Below are positions 20,383 through 32,710 of a DNA stretch of 53,063 nucleotides, piece after piece. The notes beneath the pieces are model-generated. The model had not been told where the DNA came from, made no database searches, and was given only the letters and a program-made list of their open reading frames with translations. Location: contig NC_069006.1 in assembly GCF_001194135.2 (NCBI RefSeq), forward strand, positions 7,584,834 through 7,637,896, in the 5' to 3' direction. A program made the position numbers and the translations under genes. This DNA comes from Octopus bimaculoides. Its lineage: Eukaryota. How positions within the stretch are numbered: the first letter of the stretch is position 1; the number at the start of each line of letters is the position of its first letter.

Positions 20383-20668
20383 GTGATCAGATGATCTACC
20401 AGACTATCAGGTGTTATACATTGCTGATCACAGTGCACTTTTGCATCGCTTTTAGCTTTCAAATAATGCCTCCCCACTGGCAAGGAGACCAGGTCAACAT
20501 TCCCCGTGATTGGAAGGCTAATCCCTCACAGGATTACCCACTTACAGCTTAGTCTACTGGAGCAAATGTGAAATGAAGTGTTTTGTTCAAGAACACAATG
20601 AACTGCCTGATCCGGTATTCGAACCCATTATCTATCACTCATGAATGCAAAACCCTAACCACTAAGCC
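20383..20668 (-). mobile_element. CORE-type SINE with alternative tail (family E)
   Basis: CORE-like ACTGGAGCAA.GTGAAATGAAGTGTTTTG; the tail ACCAGACTATCAG...CAACATTCCCC is shared with 22775-23020. Confidence 0.65.
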
Positions 20669-21055
20669 ACGAGATACATACACACATGAGTAGGTGAACA
20701 AACAAGCAACAGGAGTTCTCGATAGGTAGTTGGTGTTGTAACTGTCATTTAATACTTTTAATAACAGGTTGACTCAACTTCCTGTTTGTCAGAACCGAGG
20801 TCTTCGCACTGAAACAATAAAAGGCATTTGAAGTCTTTTGTGGGGCAATATGTTCATATTTTATTCACTATGGTATGTTATGCTGTTTTTGCAGTGTTTT
20901 GTTTGACCAGGGGCTTACGTGACAGCTTAGGAACATTCACAATTGTTTGTAAATTTTTGTTTCCTCTTTTTCATGTGTATAACGTCCGAGTATGAAGGAG
21001 TTCATTCTTTGACGTATGCTGTTGAGTTCATGTGTACCTTAATATATGTGTGTAT

Positions 21056-21122
<67 letters not shown>

Positions 21123-21236
21123 GGGAGGGAGGGAGGAAGAAACAGTGAGAGAGACAGAGATAGAAATAGATATATGTGTGTACAAATACACACACACACA
21201 TGCACATATACATGTATATACATATATATATATACG

Positions 21237-21269
<33 letters not shown>

Positions 21270-21573
21270 ATATATATATATATGTGTGTGTGTGTATGTA
21301 TATATATACATATATATATATATGTATATAAATATATGCATATATATATATATATATATATATNNNNNNNNNNNNNNNNNNNNNNNNNNNNNNNNNNNNN
21401 NNNNNNNNNNNNNNNNNNNNNNNNNNNNNNNNNNNNNNNNNNNNNNNNNNNNNNNNNNNNNNNNNNNNNNNNNNNNNNNNNNNNNNNNNNNNNNNNNNNN
21501 NNNNNNNNNNNNNNNNNNNNNNNNNNNNNNNNNNNNNNNNNNNNNNNNNNNNNNNNNNNNNNNNNNNNNNNNN

Positions 21574-21609
<36 letters not shown>

Positions 21610-22774
21610 TATATACTTATATATACACTTATATATATATATATATATACATGTACATTCATACATATATAGAGAAACATACATACATGCATACACACAC
21701 ACACACACACACACACACTCACTCACATGCACATATATATCAATTGTGTGTCAATAAATGTTATCTTGTAAAGATAAGAGAAACACCAAACATTGAGAAA
21801 TGTCATCTGTTTGGTAACCATTACATAATTTGCCGATAATCCAGCGGATTAAGTATTTGACACACGTGAATGTTTACAGTTCTCTGCAAAAGACCAAGTG
21901 GAATATACAATGTAGACAAATGACCATCATTTTAGATACTTGACCATAGCTTGTTTCATACCTGTTTTGAGTTTAAACTCAGCACTGTCAAAATAAGTGC
22001 TAAAGACTCAAGTACTGAGCTTAAAAGCACAAGTACTGTGGTTAATTCGTTCAACTCATAATTCTTGAAGGCGATGCCCCAATATGGCTGTACTCTAATG
22101 ATTGAAACCGGTAAAAAGTAAAAGACGAAAGACATATCTCTTTACATCCAACAATGAACTATGAATCCACACACACACAGACACACGTGCGCACACACAC
22201 ACAGACACACGTGTGCACACACACACAGACACACATGCGCACACACACACACAGACACGTGCGCACACACACACACTCTCCTTCCCTCTCTCTCTGTCTA
22301 TATGTCTGCCTGTCACTCTCTCTCTCATGCACACAACACGCACACACATATGCACACATACACACACATATATGCACACACATACGCATATATACACACA
22401 CATACATACTCATATATATACACACACATACATACACACACATATACATACAAACGCACACACACACACACAAATGGCTTCTTCCTGTGGAAATGCCTTC
22501 TTAAGATGTGTTTTCTACATTTTTCTTTGCCAAAACCTTTTCTCTTCTCCATCCCCTTCCATCTTGCCCCATCCTTCGTCCTCCCCCTTTCCCTTCTCTT
22601 TTTCGTTCCATGATGAAATAACAGAATGCAATTGATGAGCTATTACTTACTTCGTTCTGAAGAGACTCAGTCAAATCGAAATAGCAGCTGTATACGAATA
22701 GTAAGTATTTTATGATTTGATGAAGTGCTCAAAGTGGATTTTGGACATCAAAAATAATATTTGGCATTATTACG

Positions 22775-23020
22775 TGACCAGGTGACCGACCAGACTATCA
22801 GACGTCATTACACATCGCTAGTCACAATGCACTTTGCATTGTTTTAGCCTTCAAAACACGCCACCCTGCTTGCTAGGTGATAAGCCAACATTCCCCACTG
22901 ATGAAAAGGAGGACTGGAGCAATGTTAAATGAAATATTTAACGCAAGAACATAATGAGTGGCCTGGGAATTGAAACCACTATCTAGCGATTGTGTGTGTA
23001 ACACCCAAAAACCAGGCCAC
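22775..23020 (-). mobile_element. CORE-type SINE family E
   Basis: Homologous to 20383-20668. Confidence 0.65.
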
Positions 23021-23248
23021 GCTTCACGATTTTGCATTATATGGAATTAAAATACAAATGATTTATTGCAGATTGCCATAGTTCTCATAGAATGAAACAT
23101 ATGGCCAACTGTAGTAAATCATTTTAAACTCACTACATTATACATGTGTTTGTAAATATCTAAAAACTCACCAAAGTCGTCGTGTAAAGTGAAATTTGGC
23201 CATGTCGGCATGGTGTTGTATTCGGGTCCGTTCAGCCGTACGACTTAC

Positions 23249-23375
23249 AGTCTTGTCTTTCCACCTTATATAACTGGTATACAAGCATCTTCTTTTCACT
23301 GAACATGTAAGTTTGTTTAGTTGGACTCTGAGTTGGTTTTCCCGGCTGACGTAGCACCACCAAACTTCAAATGAC
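23249..23375 (-). CDS. SFI1-like gene exon (SFEVWWCYVSRENQLRVQLNKLTCSVKRRCLYTSYIRWKDKT)
   Basis: AG| acceptor at 23376, donor ACT|GTAAGT; 127 nt, phase 2/0, compatible with the 24.6 kb exon. Confidence 0.85.
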
Positions 23376-23613
23376 CTAATTTTTTAACAGAAAACAGAAA
23401 GTTATTGACAGTGTTGATTTTCTTGGATTAAGGTAAGGGGGGGGGGTTCTTTATTTCATAAAATTTGCCATAAGGCAAGAAGCAGTGCGGCTTGGACAAT
23501 AACACAAATGAAATGAATGATGATCAAAATGATGGTATTGATGAGAGAAGCAATTGACGCCTGCCAATCGATGCTTTTCTAAAACATTGTTCTTTTTTTC
23601 TTCTTTTATAAAC

Positions 23614-23758
23614 AATGAGGCTATAAACCTCTTACTTTAGTTCACAAGGTCCTTTCAAATGAGGCACTAAGCCTCTTACGTTTTACACAGATGGACTTTA
23701 CGTCCTTACAAAAATGAGGCACTAAACCTCTTACCTTTTTTACAACTCAGGACTTTCA
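23614..23758. repeat. Three degenerate ~45-50 bp tandem units (AATGAGGCACTAAACCTCTTAC...)
   Basis: Direct inspection. Confidence 0.7.
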
Positions 23759-24100
23759 TGCTTGGTTAGGCACATTGCCTCATTCAAGCACCTGGATGGT
23801 GCCAAATCATTGTTTCTTAACAGAAAGTCAACCCTGATTGAGAAAGCCTATGGGCAGCTAGAAAACCTTTGAACCCAGGTCTACCCAATCAGGATGGCCT
23901 GGTGTTAAGCAACAACAATAATAACAATTATGATTTCATGCACCCACTAAATATTTGCCCCTGATGAAGTGAAATCACACTGAAACTTTGAGTCTGGTAG
24001 TCTGCTAACTCAGCTCAATCTATTTTTATCTGCAAGTCCATAGAGACAAAATTTTTTCTCCAAGGAAAAACCCTTCAATGAATGCTTTCATGTTCTAGTG

Positions 24101-24269
24101 CAGTGGTTCCCAAACTTTTTCAGGCTTCCGCCCCCTTGGTTCTAAGGCCACATTCCTAGTGCCTCCAACACCTCTACCACTCACCATCACAGACATAGAC
24201 CTATTTCTGGAGCAAATTCAAAACAACAGTATTTCACAGTATTTCCACCAACCACTTTGGGAACCAGTG
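24101..24269. mobile_element. hAT (Charlie-like) MITE
   Basis: TIRs CAGTGGTTCCCAAA / TTTGGGAACCAGTG; 8-bp flanks TTCTAGTG / TTCTAGCA carrying the TCTAG target core. Confidence 0.8.
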
Positions 24270-24569
24270 TTCTAGCATACAGACGTGTGTTAAAAATAAA
24301 TGAACACATCTTTATTTCGATTCTTGCTGACAAAGCACTGGTGACTAGCAGTCCACTAACATCATTTGGAGCTCGGTTCGATATGTCTTCACACACAAAG
24401 TCTATGTAGAAAGAAATTTTCTCTCCAATGCAAACACAAAATCCCCCAGCAAATGCCTTTCAGGTTATAGCGAATAGGAGCACGTTAAAAATAAAAACAT
24501 ACATCATTATATGGATTAAAGATGATTTAAAAGGTTAATTGAAGATACAAGTTGTTCGTAATTACAAAC

Positions 24570-24714
24570 CTTAATTTCAAATGTTGGCAGAACCATTTTC
24601 TACTTATCTGAGAATTTCTCCAAGATGTCCTCCAATAATTGAATGACGCTTTCATCTGTCTTTTTTGTCGTACAGCTTCAAAATTATTGAAATTTTTTCT
24701 TCGTAGCAGTGAAT
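24570..24714 (-). CDS. SFI1-like gene exon (DSLLRRKNFNNFEAVRQKRQMKASFNYWRTSWRNSQISRKWFCQHLKLR)
   Basis: Acceptor TTTTTTTTTATAG|, donor AAG|GTTTGT; 145 nt, phase 1/2. Confidence 0.85.
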
Positions 24715-24847
24715 CTATAAAAAAAAATCCCAAACAAAATTTACTTTACTTATATGCAACTACATCCTTTGTATTCCCATCTTATTCTCCAAGAACAAAT
24801 TGCCAGGTTATTTCTGATTATAACGGCATTGGGTAGAGACTGCAATA

Positions 24848-25290
24848 CAAGTCGTCGTCAACTTACGACCTATTCAACTTATGACCAAACAACTTTATGA
24901 CGATTGGCGTGCCAGCTCCCGGCAGCAATAATAAATAGCCCAGTTGAAATCTAATGGGTTTAATTTCCATCTACGGATGAAGTCAGCTAACAAATGCTTC
25001 CTCTAGGTTTGGTTATCGATCACGACTGTTGGATGACTATCCTGTCGCAAAGACATTGAGACAAATTTGTATTTGTTTATAAGACAACTGTTTGAGTGTC
25101 CAAAATTTTTGACTAACGCCAGTGTAATAGTATAAATACAGAATGCTGTGTGTGACTTTTACTAAGAATGTACCTTAAGAATGTAAAAATATAAAACAAA
25201 GCTATGTAGGCCTATAGGCCGACTTACGACCAAATCGACTTACAACCAGTCAGTCAGAACCAATTGTGCTTGTAAGTCGACAATGACCTG
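24848..25290. mobile_element. Tc1/mariner (pogo/Tigger-like) MITE
   Basis: TA-flanked imperfect TIRs CAAGTCGTCGTCAACTTACG / TGTAAGTCGACAATGACCTG; internal GACTTACGACC subterminal repeats. Confidence 0.75.
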
Positions 25291-25399
25291 TATATGTTTC
25301 AAACAAACTCCTCTGGCTAAAAACCAAACACATCCCTTTTTAAATCAAGCAATGGATGACTCAGTTTGGTTGTTCTTTGGAACCTTCTTCATATTGATG

Positions 25400-25690
25400 T
25401 TTTGGGTTGCCTTATTCATACTGAGAGGTTACAGCTCCGGTTCTACTGATCTGTGATTAGAAATGGCACTGGAAAGAATCGCAAAACGGATTGTTTAAGC
25501 TGAGACAACTGGCAGGAGAGGCAGAGCTAAAACAAGAACGAGATGGTTGGATAACATCCATAATCTCAGTTAGTCGTGCTTGGGAATTCAGCCAGAAAAA
25601 TCAAGTGTTGGTTTCTTCTGATATGACCTTACGAATGAGGTGCCTGCGAACTCTATACCCAGAGCCTTTCCAGAAATAGTTGGTGGAGAA
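25400..25690 (+). mobile_element. RTE-clade LINE 3' fragment
   Basis: RLQLRFY*SVIR ... GRRGRAKTRTRWLDNI, the RTE C-terminal signature. Confidence 0.6.
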
Positions 25691-26463
25691 AATGGAGAGA
25701 TGTACAGGGTGCCCATAAATTACCATTACAATTTGAAAAATTCAGAAGAAGAAAAAAAGGGATAATTCAGCAGAGTCTATTGGAAAACAGGCAAATTAAT
25801 AAGGTTTTATTAAGCAGCATTGCTAATTGACAGGTAGCGGTCTTGTTCATGGCACCCCCTCCTCCTGGTTCAAAGGCTTGTACCACCAAACAGCTGGTCG
25901 GCTCTGGCTGCTGGGACTGAAACTAACACGACGCTGTTGGAAGGCAAGTTTAGAGAATGTGCGGGATAAGATTACGTACCCTTCCCCTCTATTGGTCAAT
26001 TGAAGTTTAGACAGTGTCACATAACAACTAGCTGGTGCTGGCTGCTGGAGCTTAGCAGCGAGTGTTTAATGGGAAATTTGGCAGGATAGTCAGATGCCCG
26101 CTGACACTTGTTGACACTGCATCAAAGAAACCAACGAAAAGAAGANNNNNNNNNNNNNNNNNNNNNNNNNNNNNNNNNNNNNNNNNNNNNNNNNNNNNNN
26201 NNNNNNNNNNNNNNNNNNNNNNNNNNNNNNNNNNNNGCATGTAGCCCACTGAGTTAACCCTGTTTTTTTCTGAATTTTTCAAATTGTAAACGTAATTTCT
26301 GGATAACCTGTACAACCAGACATCGACGAAAAGAGGTACCAGACTGAAATAATTACTGGATGGGGTGTGATGTGATCAACACTAAAACCATAGAGAAACT
26401 GCTACAGCATGGCCGCCACAGTCCAATGACTAAAACCAATAAAAGAGAAAAAGAACAACATAC

Positions 26464-26677
26464 CTTTACTCCATTTTTTCCAGGCATTAAATATTTTGGC
26501 AGTCCAGTTGTTCTGATAGGTTCTGTCGGCTGTGTTGTTTAGAAGAGCAGTCTTCCACTGATTCAGAATGGTAAACTGTATTCTCCGATTCTTCCACGAT
26601 GTAAAAATCCACAGCTGCTGCTGGAGTTCTTCCAATGCTGCAAAATGCTTCTTCCACTGAGCAAAACAGCTTCTGAC
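26464..26677 (-). CDS. SFI1-like gene exon (VRSCFAQWKKHFAALEELQQQLWIFTSWKNRRIQFTILNQWKTALLNNTADRTYQNNWTAKIFNAWKKWSK)
   Basis: Acceptor TGTTTCTGTTCAG|, donor AAG|GTATGT; 214 nt, phase 0/1; three F/L-x2-W motifs. Confidence 0.9.
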
Positions 26678-26747
26678 CTGAACAGAAACACGAGGGAAAC
26701 AAGAATGGAAATTTAATTAGAGGAATCTTTTAAATTAGGTTCTTTAA

Positions 26748-26817
26748 GGGCACAGGAGTGGGTGTGTACAGGGCACAGGAGTGGGTGTGTACAGGGCACA
26801 GGAGTGGGTGTGTGCAG
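26748..26817 (+). repeat. 3 x 23-bp tandem repeat GGGCACAGGAGTGGGTGTGTACA
   Basis: Direct inspection; resembles the SINE A 5' end. Confidence 0.9.
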
Positions 26818-27040
26818 GGCGCAGGCATCATGATCATAAGATTGTGGTTTCGATTCCTGGACCGGGCGACGCGTTGTGTTCTTGAGCAAAACACTTCATT
26901 TCACGTTGCTCCAGTCAACTCTGCTGGCTAAAATGAGTGATGCTGTGATGGACTGGCATCCCGTCCATCTGGGGAACACATACACCATAGAAACCGGGAA
27001 ACCAGGCCCATGAGGCTGGCTAGGATTTAAAAGGACGCAT
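26818..27040 (+). mobile_element. CORE-type SINE (family B variant)
   Basis: B-box GGTTTCGATTCC; CORE GCGTTGTGTTCTTGAGCAAAACACTTCATTTCACGTTGCTCCAGTC. Confidence 0.8.
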
Positions 27041-27074
27041 TTATTTAGAATGCCTTTATGGCAAATATTTATGA

Positions 27075-27425
27075 AATAAAGAAGCTTGCTTCCCAACCAC
27101 ATGGTTCTGGGTTCAGTTCCACTTCGTGACACCTTGAGCAAGTATCTTCTACTATAGTCAGGAAATGACCAAAGCCTTGTGAGTTATTTGGTAAATAGAA
27201 ACTGAAAGAAGCCCATTGTGTGTATGTGTGTGTGTGTCTCCTCACCGCTTTACAACTGGTGCTGGTGTATTTACATCCTTATAACTTAGCAGTCAGGCAA
27301 AGGGGATCTAATAGAATAAGTACCAGGCTTAAAAGAAAGCAAAGAAGTCCTGGTGTTGATTCATTCGAGGTGGTGCTCCAGCATGGTTACAGTCTAATGA
27401 TTGGAATGAGTAAAAAGATAAAAGA
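27075..27425 (+). mobile_element. SINE family A
   Basis: Head, body and tail match the family consensus. Confidence 0.8.
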
Positions 27426-27519
27426 TAATAGCAGACCAGGCAAAATGCCACCTCCCTCAATACTGCACCCCCACCCATCCCCCCACTCACACACACTCTG
27501 TGAAGGGATCTGGTCTGGT

Positions 27520-27740
27520 CATGCGTGTTACTTGGTGACCCTACTGGTGTTGGCGTTATGAAAGAGGGCACCAAGTCCACTCTATAAAGTGGCTGGCATT
27601 AGGAAGAGCATCCAGTCTGTAGAAACATGGCCGAAGCAGACAATGGAGATCGACAAAGAAGCCCTTAGGAGAGTCGGGTCTTGTCAACTCACCCAACCCA
27701 TGCCAGCATAGAAAACAGACGTTGAGCACTGATGATTAAT
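27520..27740 (+). mobile_element. Family C element, degenerate
   Basis: Tail CCAACCCATGCCAGCATAGAAAACAGACGTT running into (GAT)n. Confidence 0.65.
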
Positions 27741-28182
27741 GATGGCAATGATGATGGTGACGATGATGGTGATGATGGCCATGACAACGACAACAATGAT
27801 GGTAATGGTAGGGGTAGGTGATGGTGGTGGTGATCATAATAGTGATGATGATGATGATGCGGATGATGATAATGAAATCGATGAAAATGATGACGATGGT
27901 GATGACGACAACTGTAATGATGACAATAATAATGACGATGACAATGATGATGATGATGATGAAAACGACGATAATGACAATGATAAAGACGATGATGATG
28001 ATGTTCATGATGATGGTGGTGATGATGGTGAAGGAGTGGTTAGTGTTGATGTTGTTGGTGGTGGTGGTGGTGATGGTGGTGATGAAGGTGTTGGTATTGC
28101 TGATGGTGGTAGTGGTGGTGGTGGTGGTGGTGGTGGTTTCTGATGGTGGTAATAATACCAATGACGATGATGATGATGATGG
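27740..28182. repeat. (GAT)n/(GGT)n compound microsatellite
   Basis: Direct inspection. Confidence 0.95.
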
Positions 28183-28429
28183 CAACTCGTCCCCAGTGAC
28201 ACAAGGTGGTTGTTGCGTTGGGGGTGCTGGCACACCCAGTGCCACCAAATTTCAATCCGGGGTACAACAAAACTTTCCCATTAAGACTTGTAATTAAATT
28301 AACGAGCAAGGTTAATTATTCATAATGAATTTGCTATTTCCGATGGGTGTGCAAACCCAAACCTAGCACACCCGGAATATACATATACCCCTGTTGTCAT
28401 CACAATACCAAAAGGTCACTCTTTTTTAC

Positions 28430-28592
28430 CTTCCTTTTCAGTAAGACAGACTTCAACATCTCGCCACGTGTTCTTTGAGCTTTTCGCCGCCAATATCTCA
28501 CAATCACCACCACCTTCCTTTCAACCAGTTCCATGTAATTATTCCGGTCTTCACATCTCTTTACAAATCTCTGCTTCCACACAAAGAATATT
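28430..28592 (-). CDS. SFI1-like gene exon (IFFVWKQRFVKRCEDRNNYMELVERKVVVIVRYWRRKAQRTRGEMLKSVLLKRK)
   Basis: Donor AAG|GTAAAA; acceptor TCCAG| at 28593 (phase 2) or GTAG| at 28601 (phase 0); the junction ASHCYQCHLLKK-IFFVW is an exact A-x7-LL-x3-F-x2-W. Confidence 0.85.
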
Positions 28593-28744
28593 CTGGACGT
28601 CTACAAAACAGAGAATTTAGCTCTTCAATACATTACCAATTCCAGTGTTTAAATATGTGTGCATGTGTGTGTGTATGCATATATATATATATTTGCATAT
28701 ATGTACACATACACACACACAAACACACATGTGAGAGTGTGTGC

Positions 28745-28775
<31 letters not shown>

Positions 28776-28974
28776 TTATGTGTGTGGGGAATTGAACTCA
28801 CAACCTTACGCTCATGAGCTGAATGCCCTAGCCACTAAGCCACGCACCTTCACTATATATAGATATATAAAACTTACTTGGAAGAGGATGCGTGGCGTTC
28901 AATCACATAATATAAATAATGTATATATATACATGCATATATACATACGTGTATGTACATACTTACATTTATAC

Positions 28975-29006
<32 letters not shown>

Positions 29007-29453
29007 NNNNNNNNNNNNNNNNNNNNNNNNNNNNNNNNNNNNNNNNNNNNNNNNNNNNNNNNNNNNNNNNNNNNNNNNNNNNNNNNNNNNNNNNNNNNNN
29101 NNNNNNNNNNNNNNNNNNNNNNNNNNNNNNNNNNNNNNNNNNNNNNNNNNNNNNNNNNNNNNNNNNNNNNNNNNNNNNNNNNNNNNNNNNNNNNNNNNNN
29201 NNNNNNNNNNNNNNNNNNNNNNNNNNNNNNNNNNNNNNNNNNNNNNNNNNNNNNNNNNNNNNNNNNNNNNNNNNNNNNNNNNNNNNNNNNNNNNNNNNNN
29301 NNNNNNNNNNNNNNNNNNNNNNNNNNNNNNNNNNNNNNNNNNNNNNNNNNNNNNNNNNNNNNNNNNNNNNNNNNNNNNNNNNNNNNNNNNNNNNNNNNNN
29401 NNNNNNNNNNNNNNNNNNNNNNNNNNNNNNNNNNNNNNNNNNNNNNNNNNNNN

Positions 29454-29590
29454 CGAGTACATGGAACATGAACTATTCTTTCGAACAACGAAAGACACAA
29501 ATGGAAAACAAAACAAACAACATAAAGAACGACCCTCCCCATCAGTTGTTGACTGTTTTTCTAGTCCCGTATTTCCAGCATTTAACAATA
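29454..29590 (+). repeat. Dispersed repeat family D
   Basis: GAGTACATGGAA.ATGAACTATT...AACAACATAAAGAACGACCC..CATCAGTTGTTG shared with 36643-36815 (+) and 39695-39848 (-). Confidence 0.7.
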
Positions 29591-29667
29591 ATATACGCTT
29601 TCGATAAAACAGTTGCTCCCGCAAAGCAAATTAAATAAAATTTGGGGTTTTGCGGGGGATCAAAATA

Positions 29668-29990
29668 GGTAACACTGCCTGACTGGCCTTCGTAGGATTT
29701 TCGAGCGAGATCGTTGCCAGTGCCCCTGGACTGGCTCTTGTGCGGGTGGCACATAAAATACACCATTTTGAGCGTGGCTGTTGCCAGTACTGCCTGACTG
29801 GCCTTCGTGCAGGTGACACGTAAAAGCACCCACTACACTCTCGGAGTAGTTGGCGTTAGGAAGGGCATCCATCTATAGAAACTCTGCCAAATCAGATTGG
29901 AGCCTGGTGTAGCCACCTGGTCCACCAGTCCTCAGTCAAATCGTCCAACCCATGCTAGCATGGAAAGCGGACGTTAAACGATGATGATGA
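29668..29990 (+). mobile_element. Family C element with internal tandem units
   Basis: ACTGCCTGACTGGCCTTCGT repeated; canonical tail plus (GAT)n. Confidence 0.8.
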
Positions 29991-30073
29991 AACAGGACAG
30001 TGAAAACAAACAAGAAATAATTTATTCTCAAACACAGAATAATGCTATTTTTTCTATACTTCTCATATTATTA

Positions 30074-30122
<49 letters not shown>

Positions 30123-30439
30123 TATCATTATTAATGGTGTTGTTGTTATATTGTTATTCAATTTTTCCCAATGTGTACTCACTGTATAGATTTTGTGATG
30201 AGAGATGAGTTGACATGCTCTGTTCTTCAGATCCACTTGCCTGCTGCTCTGTCTGTGCCAACATTTTGTGGCTCTGGAAAGAAATAGTGAAATGAATTAA
30301 TAAATACAAAAGATAACCTGGTATATTATTGGGAAAATGGTGGTGAGTTGGCGGAACCGTTAGAGTGCTGGGGAAAACGCTTTGCAGTGTTTCTTCTGAT
30401 GCATAGCATTCTAAGTTCAAATTCCAAAACTCTTTTACT

Positions 30440-30790
30440 CTCTACTCTTTTACTTGTTTCAGTCATTTGACTGAGGCCATGCTGGAGCACCGCCTTTAGT
30501 CGAGCAAATTGACCCCAGGACTTATTCATTGTAACCCAGTACTTATTCTATCGGTCTCTCTTTTACCGAACCGCTAAGTTACGGGGATGTAAACACAATA
30601 GCATCGGTTGTCAAGTGATGTTCGGGGGGACAAACGCACACACACACACACATATATGACGGGCTTCTTTCAGTTTCCGTCTACCAAATCCATTCACAAG
30701 GCTTTGGTTGGCCCGAGGCTATAGTAGAAGACACTTGCCCAAAGTGCCATGTGGTTGGTAAGCAAGCTACTTACCACACAGCCACTCCTT
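30440..30790 (-). mobile_element. SINE family A, apparently nested in a family F SINE (30335-30425 and 30820-30920)
   Basis: Complete head to tail on the minus strand; family F head to the left and F body to the right. Confidence 0.8.
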
Positions 30791-30947
30791 CACCTATTAA
30801 GTTAACAGATAACTTTACTTTTTTATCTCTTCCAGGGTCGATGAAATTAAGTATCAGTCAAGGACTGGGGTTGAGGAGCTCACCTTAACCCCTTCCCCCA
30901 GTTACTGGCCTTGAACCCAAAAAATTACAAAAGAATTATTATTATTA

Positions 30948-30989
<42 letters not shown>

Positions 30990-31949
30990 AAATTAAAAGA
31001 AGAGTGCCATTGTTATCTAGTGAACGATATTTCGACATCTTGTGTGTCTTCAACGGGTTCAAAAAATATATTTGTCAAGTTACTGCATTTTGGTTAATAT
31101 AGAAAGGATTGAGGTAACTCCTCCTGAAGATATAGAGTCAAAATCTCACGTGTATAAAATACACAGAATTTTGCTTAGATTCACTTCAGATTGTCACACA
31201 CAGAGATCGCAGTGGTAGGTCATGCCTCAATATACAAAAAGGCATAGTTAGTCTGTTTTATTATAATTGCTCTATCATTACTTCATTGTATCATTAATTT
31301 CTAAACCTGTTAGAATACAGTAAAATTCTTGTATCATTGATCCCTTCATGGAACCATTGATAACTTATCGACCCCCATCATATAAATATCTAAATTAAAA
31401 TTAAAAAGTAGAATTAATAAAATATTTCTTGATTTAAAAACAATAATTCCTTCGCTCTTTTGTGTCATTTTTTTTTTTAAATAAAGAGATATTTAAGGAA
31501 AATACTTAATGAAAATAGTAAAGAATATTAGGAATTCAATTATATTATGTTGATATAGTCGAAATATCGATCCCTTGGAATATCCACATAGACAACCCCT
31601 AAAACAAATATTAAGCACACTCGAAAATAACCTTTGAATTTCATTGATGTAGGCCATAAAAATGTTCCGCTACTGTAAACTTGAGGAAAATGAGGATATC
31701 ACAGAATCACCCTTCTTTCACAAAAAAAAGAACAAATTTGATTTTGATAATGACAGGGGTATTTTAAAATATTACTTAATTCTTCTGTATAATGTGGACC
31801 CCCTAATTTTGGGAGTTCATATCTGGGAAATTGCTCATTGTACATGATACCCAACACACTCTTTATCATGTCAAGGCACACAATTCACTGAAACAACAAC
31901 AACAACAACTAAAGAAACACTAAAAAAACACAAAGAGAATTCTATTTAC

Positions 31950-32094
31950 TTTTTCAGAAGATGGCACTGATAACAATGAGATGCCTTTTTACTTTTTTGG
32001 AACTCTTCTTTTATGGCAGTAAAAACTTCTCTTTGCAGCAAATAGTTATGGCTCTTCTTTAAATGGGTTGCAGCTATTTTCTGTTGATGGTTTG
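31950..32094 (-). CDS. SFI1-like gene exon (ANHQQKIAATHLKKSHNYLLQREVFTAIKEEFQKSKKASHCYQCHLLKK)
   Basis: Acceptor TGTTCCAG|, donor AAAAA|GTAAAT; 145 nt, phase 1/2. Confidence 0.85.
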
Positions 32095-32098
32095 CTGG

Positions 32099-32151
<53 letters not shown>

Positions 32152-32242
32152 GAGAATGTACAAAAAAAAACAACAACAGACGAGGACAGGTGGTGTAAAC
32201 AACAAAAGGATGTATTAGTTTAACGCTTGGGAATACAGAAAG

Positions 32243-32279
32243 TCTTTAACGTTTCGAGCTACGCTCTTCAACAGAAAGA
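32243..32279 (-). ncRNA. Hammerhead-like motif of a second Penelope-type repeat (non-canonical core)
   Basis: Minus strand: TCTTT-CTGTTGA-A-GAGC-GTA-GCTC-GAAAC-GTT-AAAGA; all three helices can form but A6 is U. Confidence 0.55.
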
Positions 32280-32395
32280 ATACGGAGAAAACATGGAGAA
32301 AAACACAGAGAAAAAAATTGAATGGTTTGGTCAGCGATCTATCATGGCTTCTGCACACACACACATATATATATGCACACACACATATATATATA

Positions 32396-32450
<55 letters not shown>

Positions 32451-32710
32451 AGAGAGAGTGATACACAGACAGACAGAGACAGTGAGGTAAATGAGTAGAT
32501 ACATGAATAAATAGATACATCCTCATATATAGACAGATAACATTGTAAATGATTACTAACACAAAATGAGTTTTTGATATTTCTGATGAAGTCAAAACAT
32601 TGAAACTGTTGTCCAGTAACAGCAAATAATTTTGTGTTGGTTATCATTAGTTTGCTTAAAGTGCTCTGCAACATTCTTGTTGATTTTCCCTTTATATGTA
32701 TGTTCTTTCT

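Noticed and set aside
22640-22690. Strong GTAAGT donor on the minus strand as the missing exon
   Set aside because: The frames needed for phase compatibility contain stops.
25705-25725. TA|CAGGGTG possible Tc1-type left end
   Set aside because: No matching right end is visible; it may be lost in gap 26146-26236.
27736-28309. Poly-D/M/T/H ORFs that look like acidic or His-rich proteins
   Set aside because: (GAT)n/(GGT)n expansion of a retroposon tail; open on both strands with no splice or codon support.
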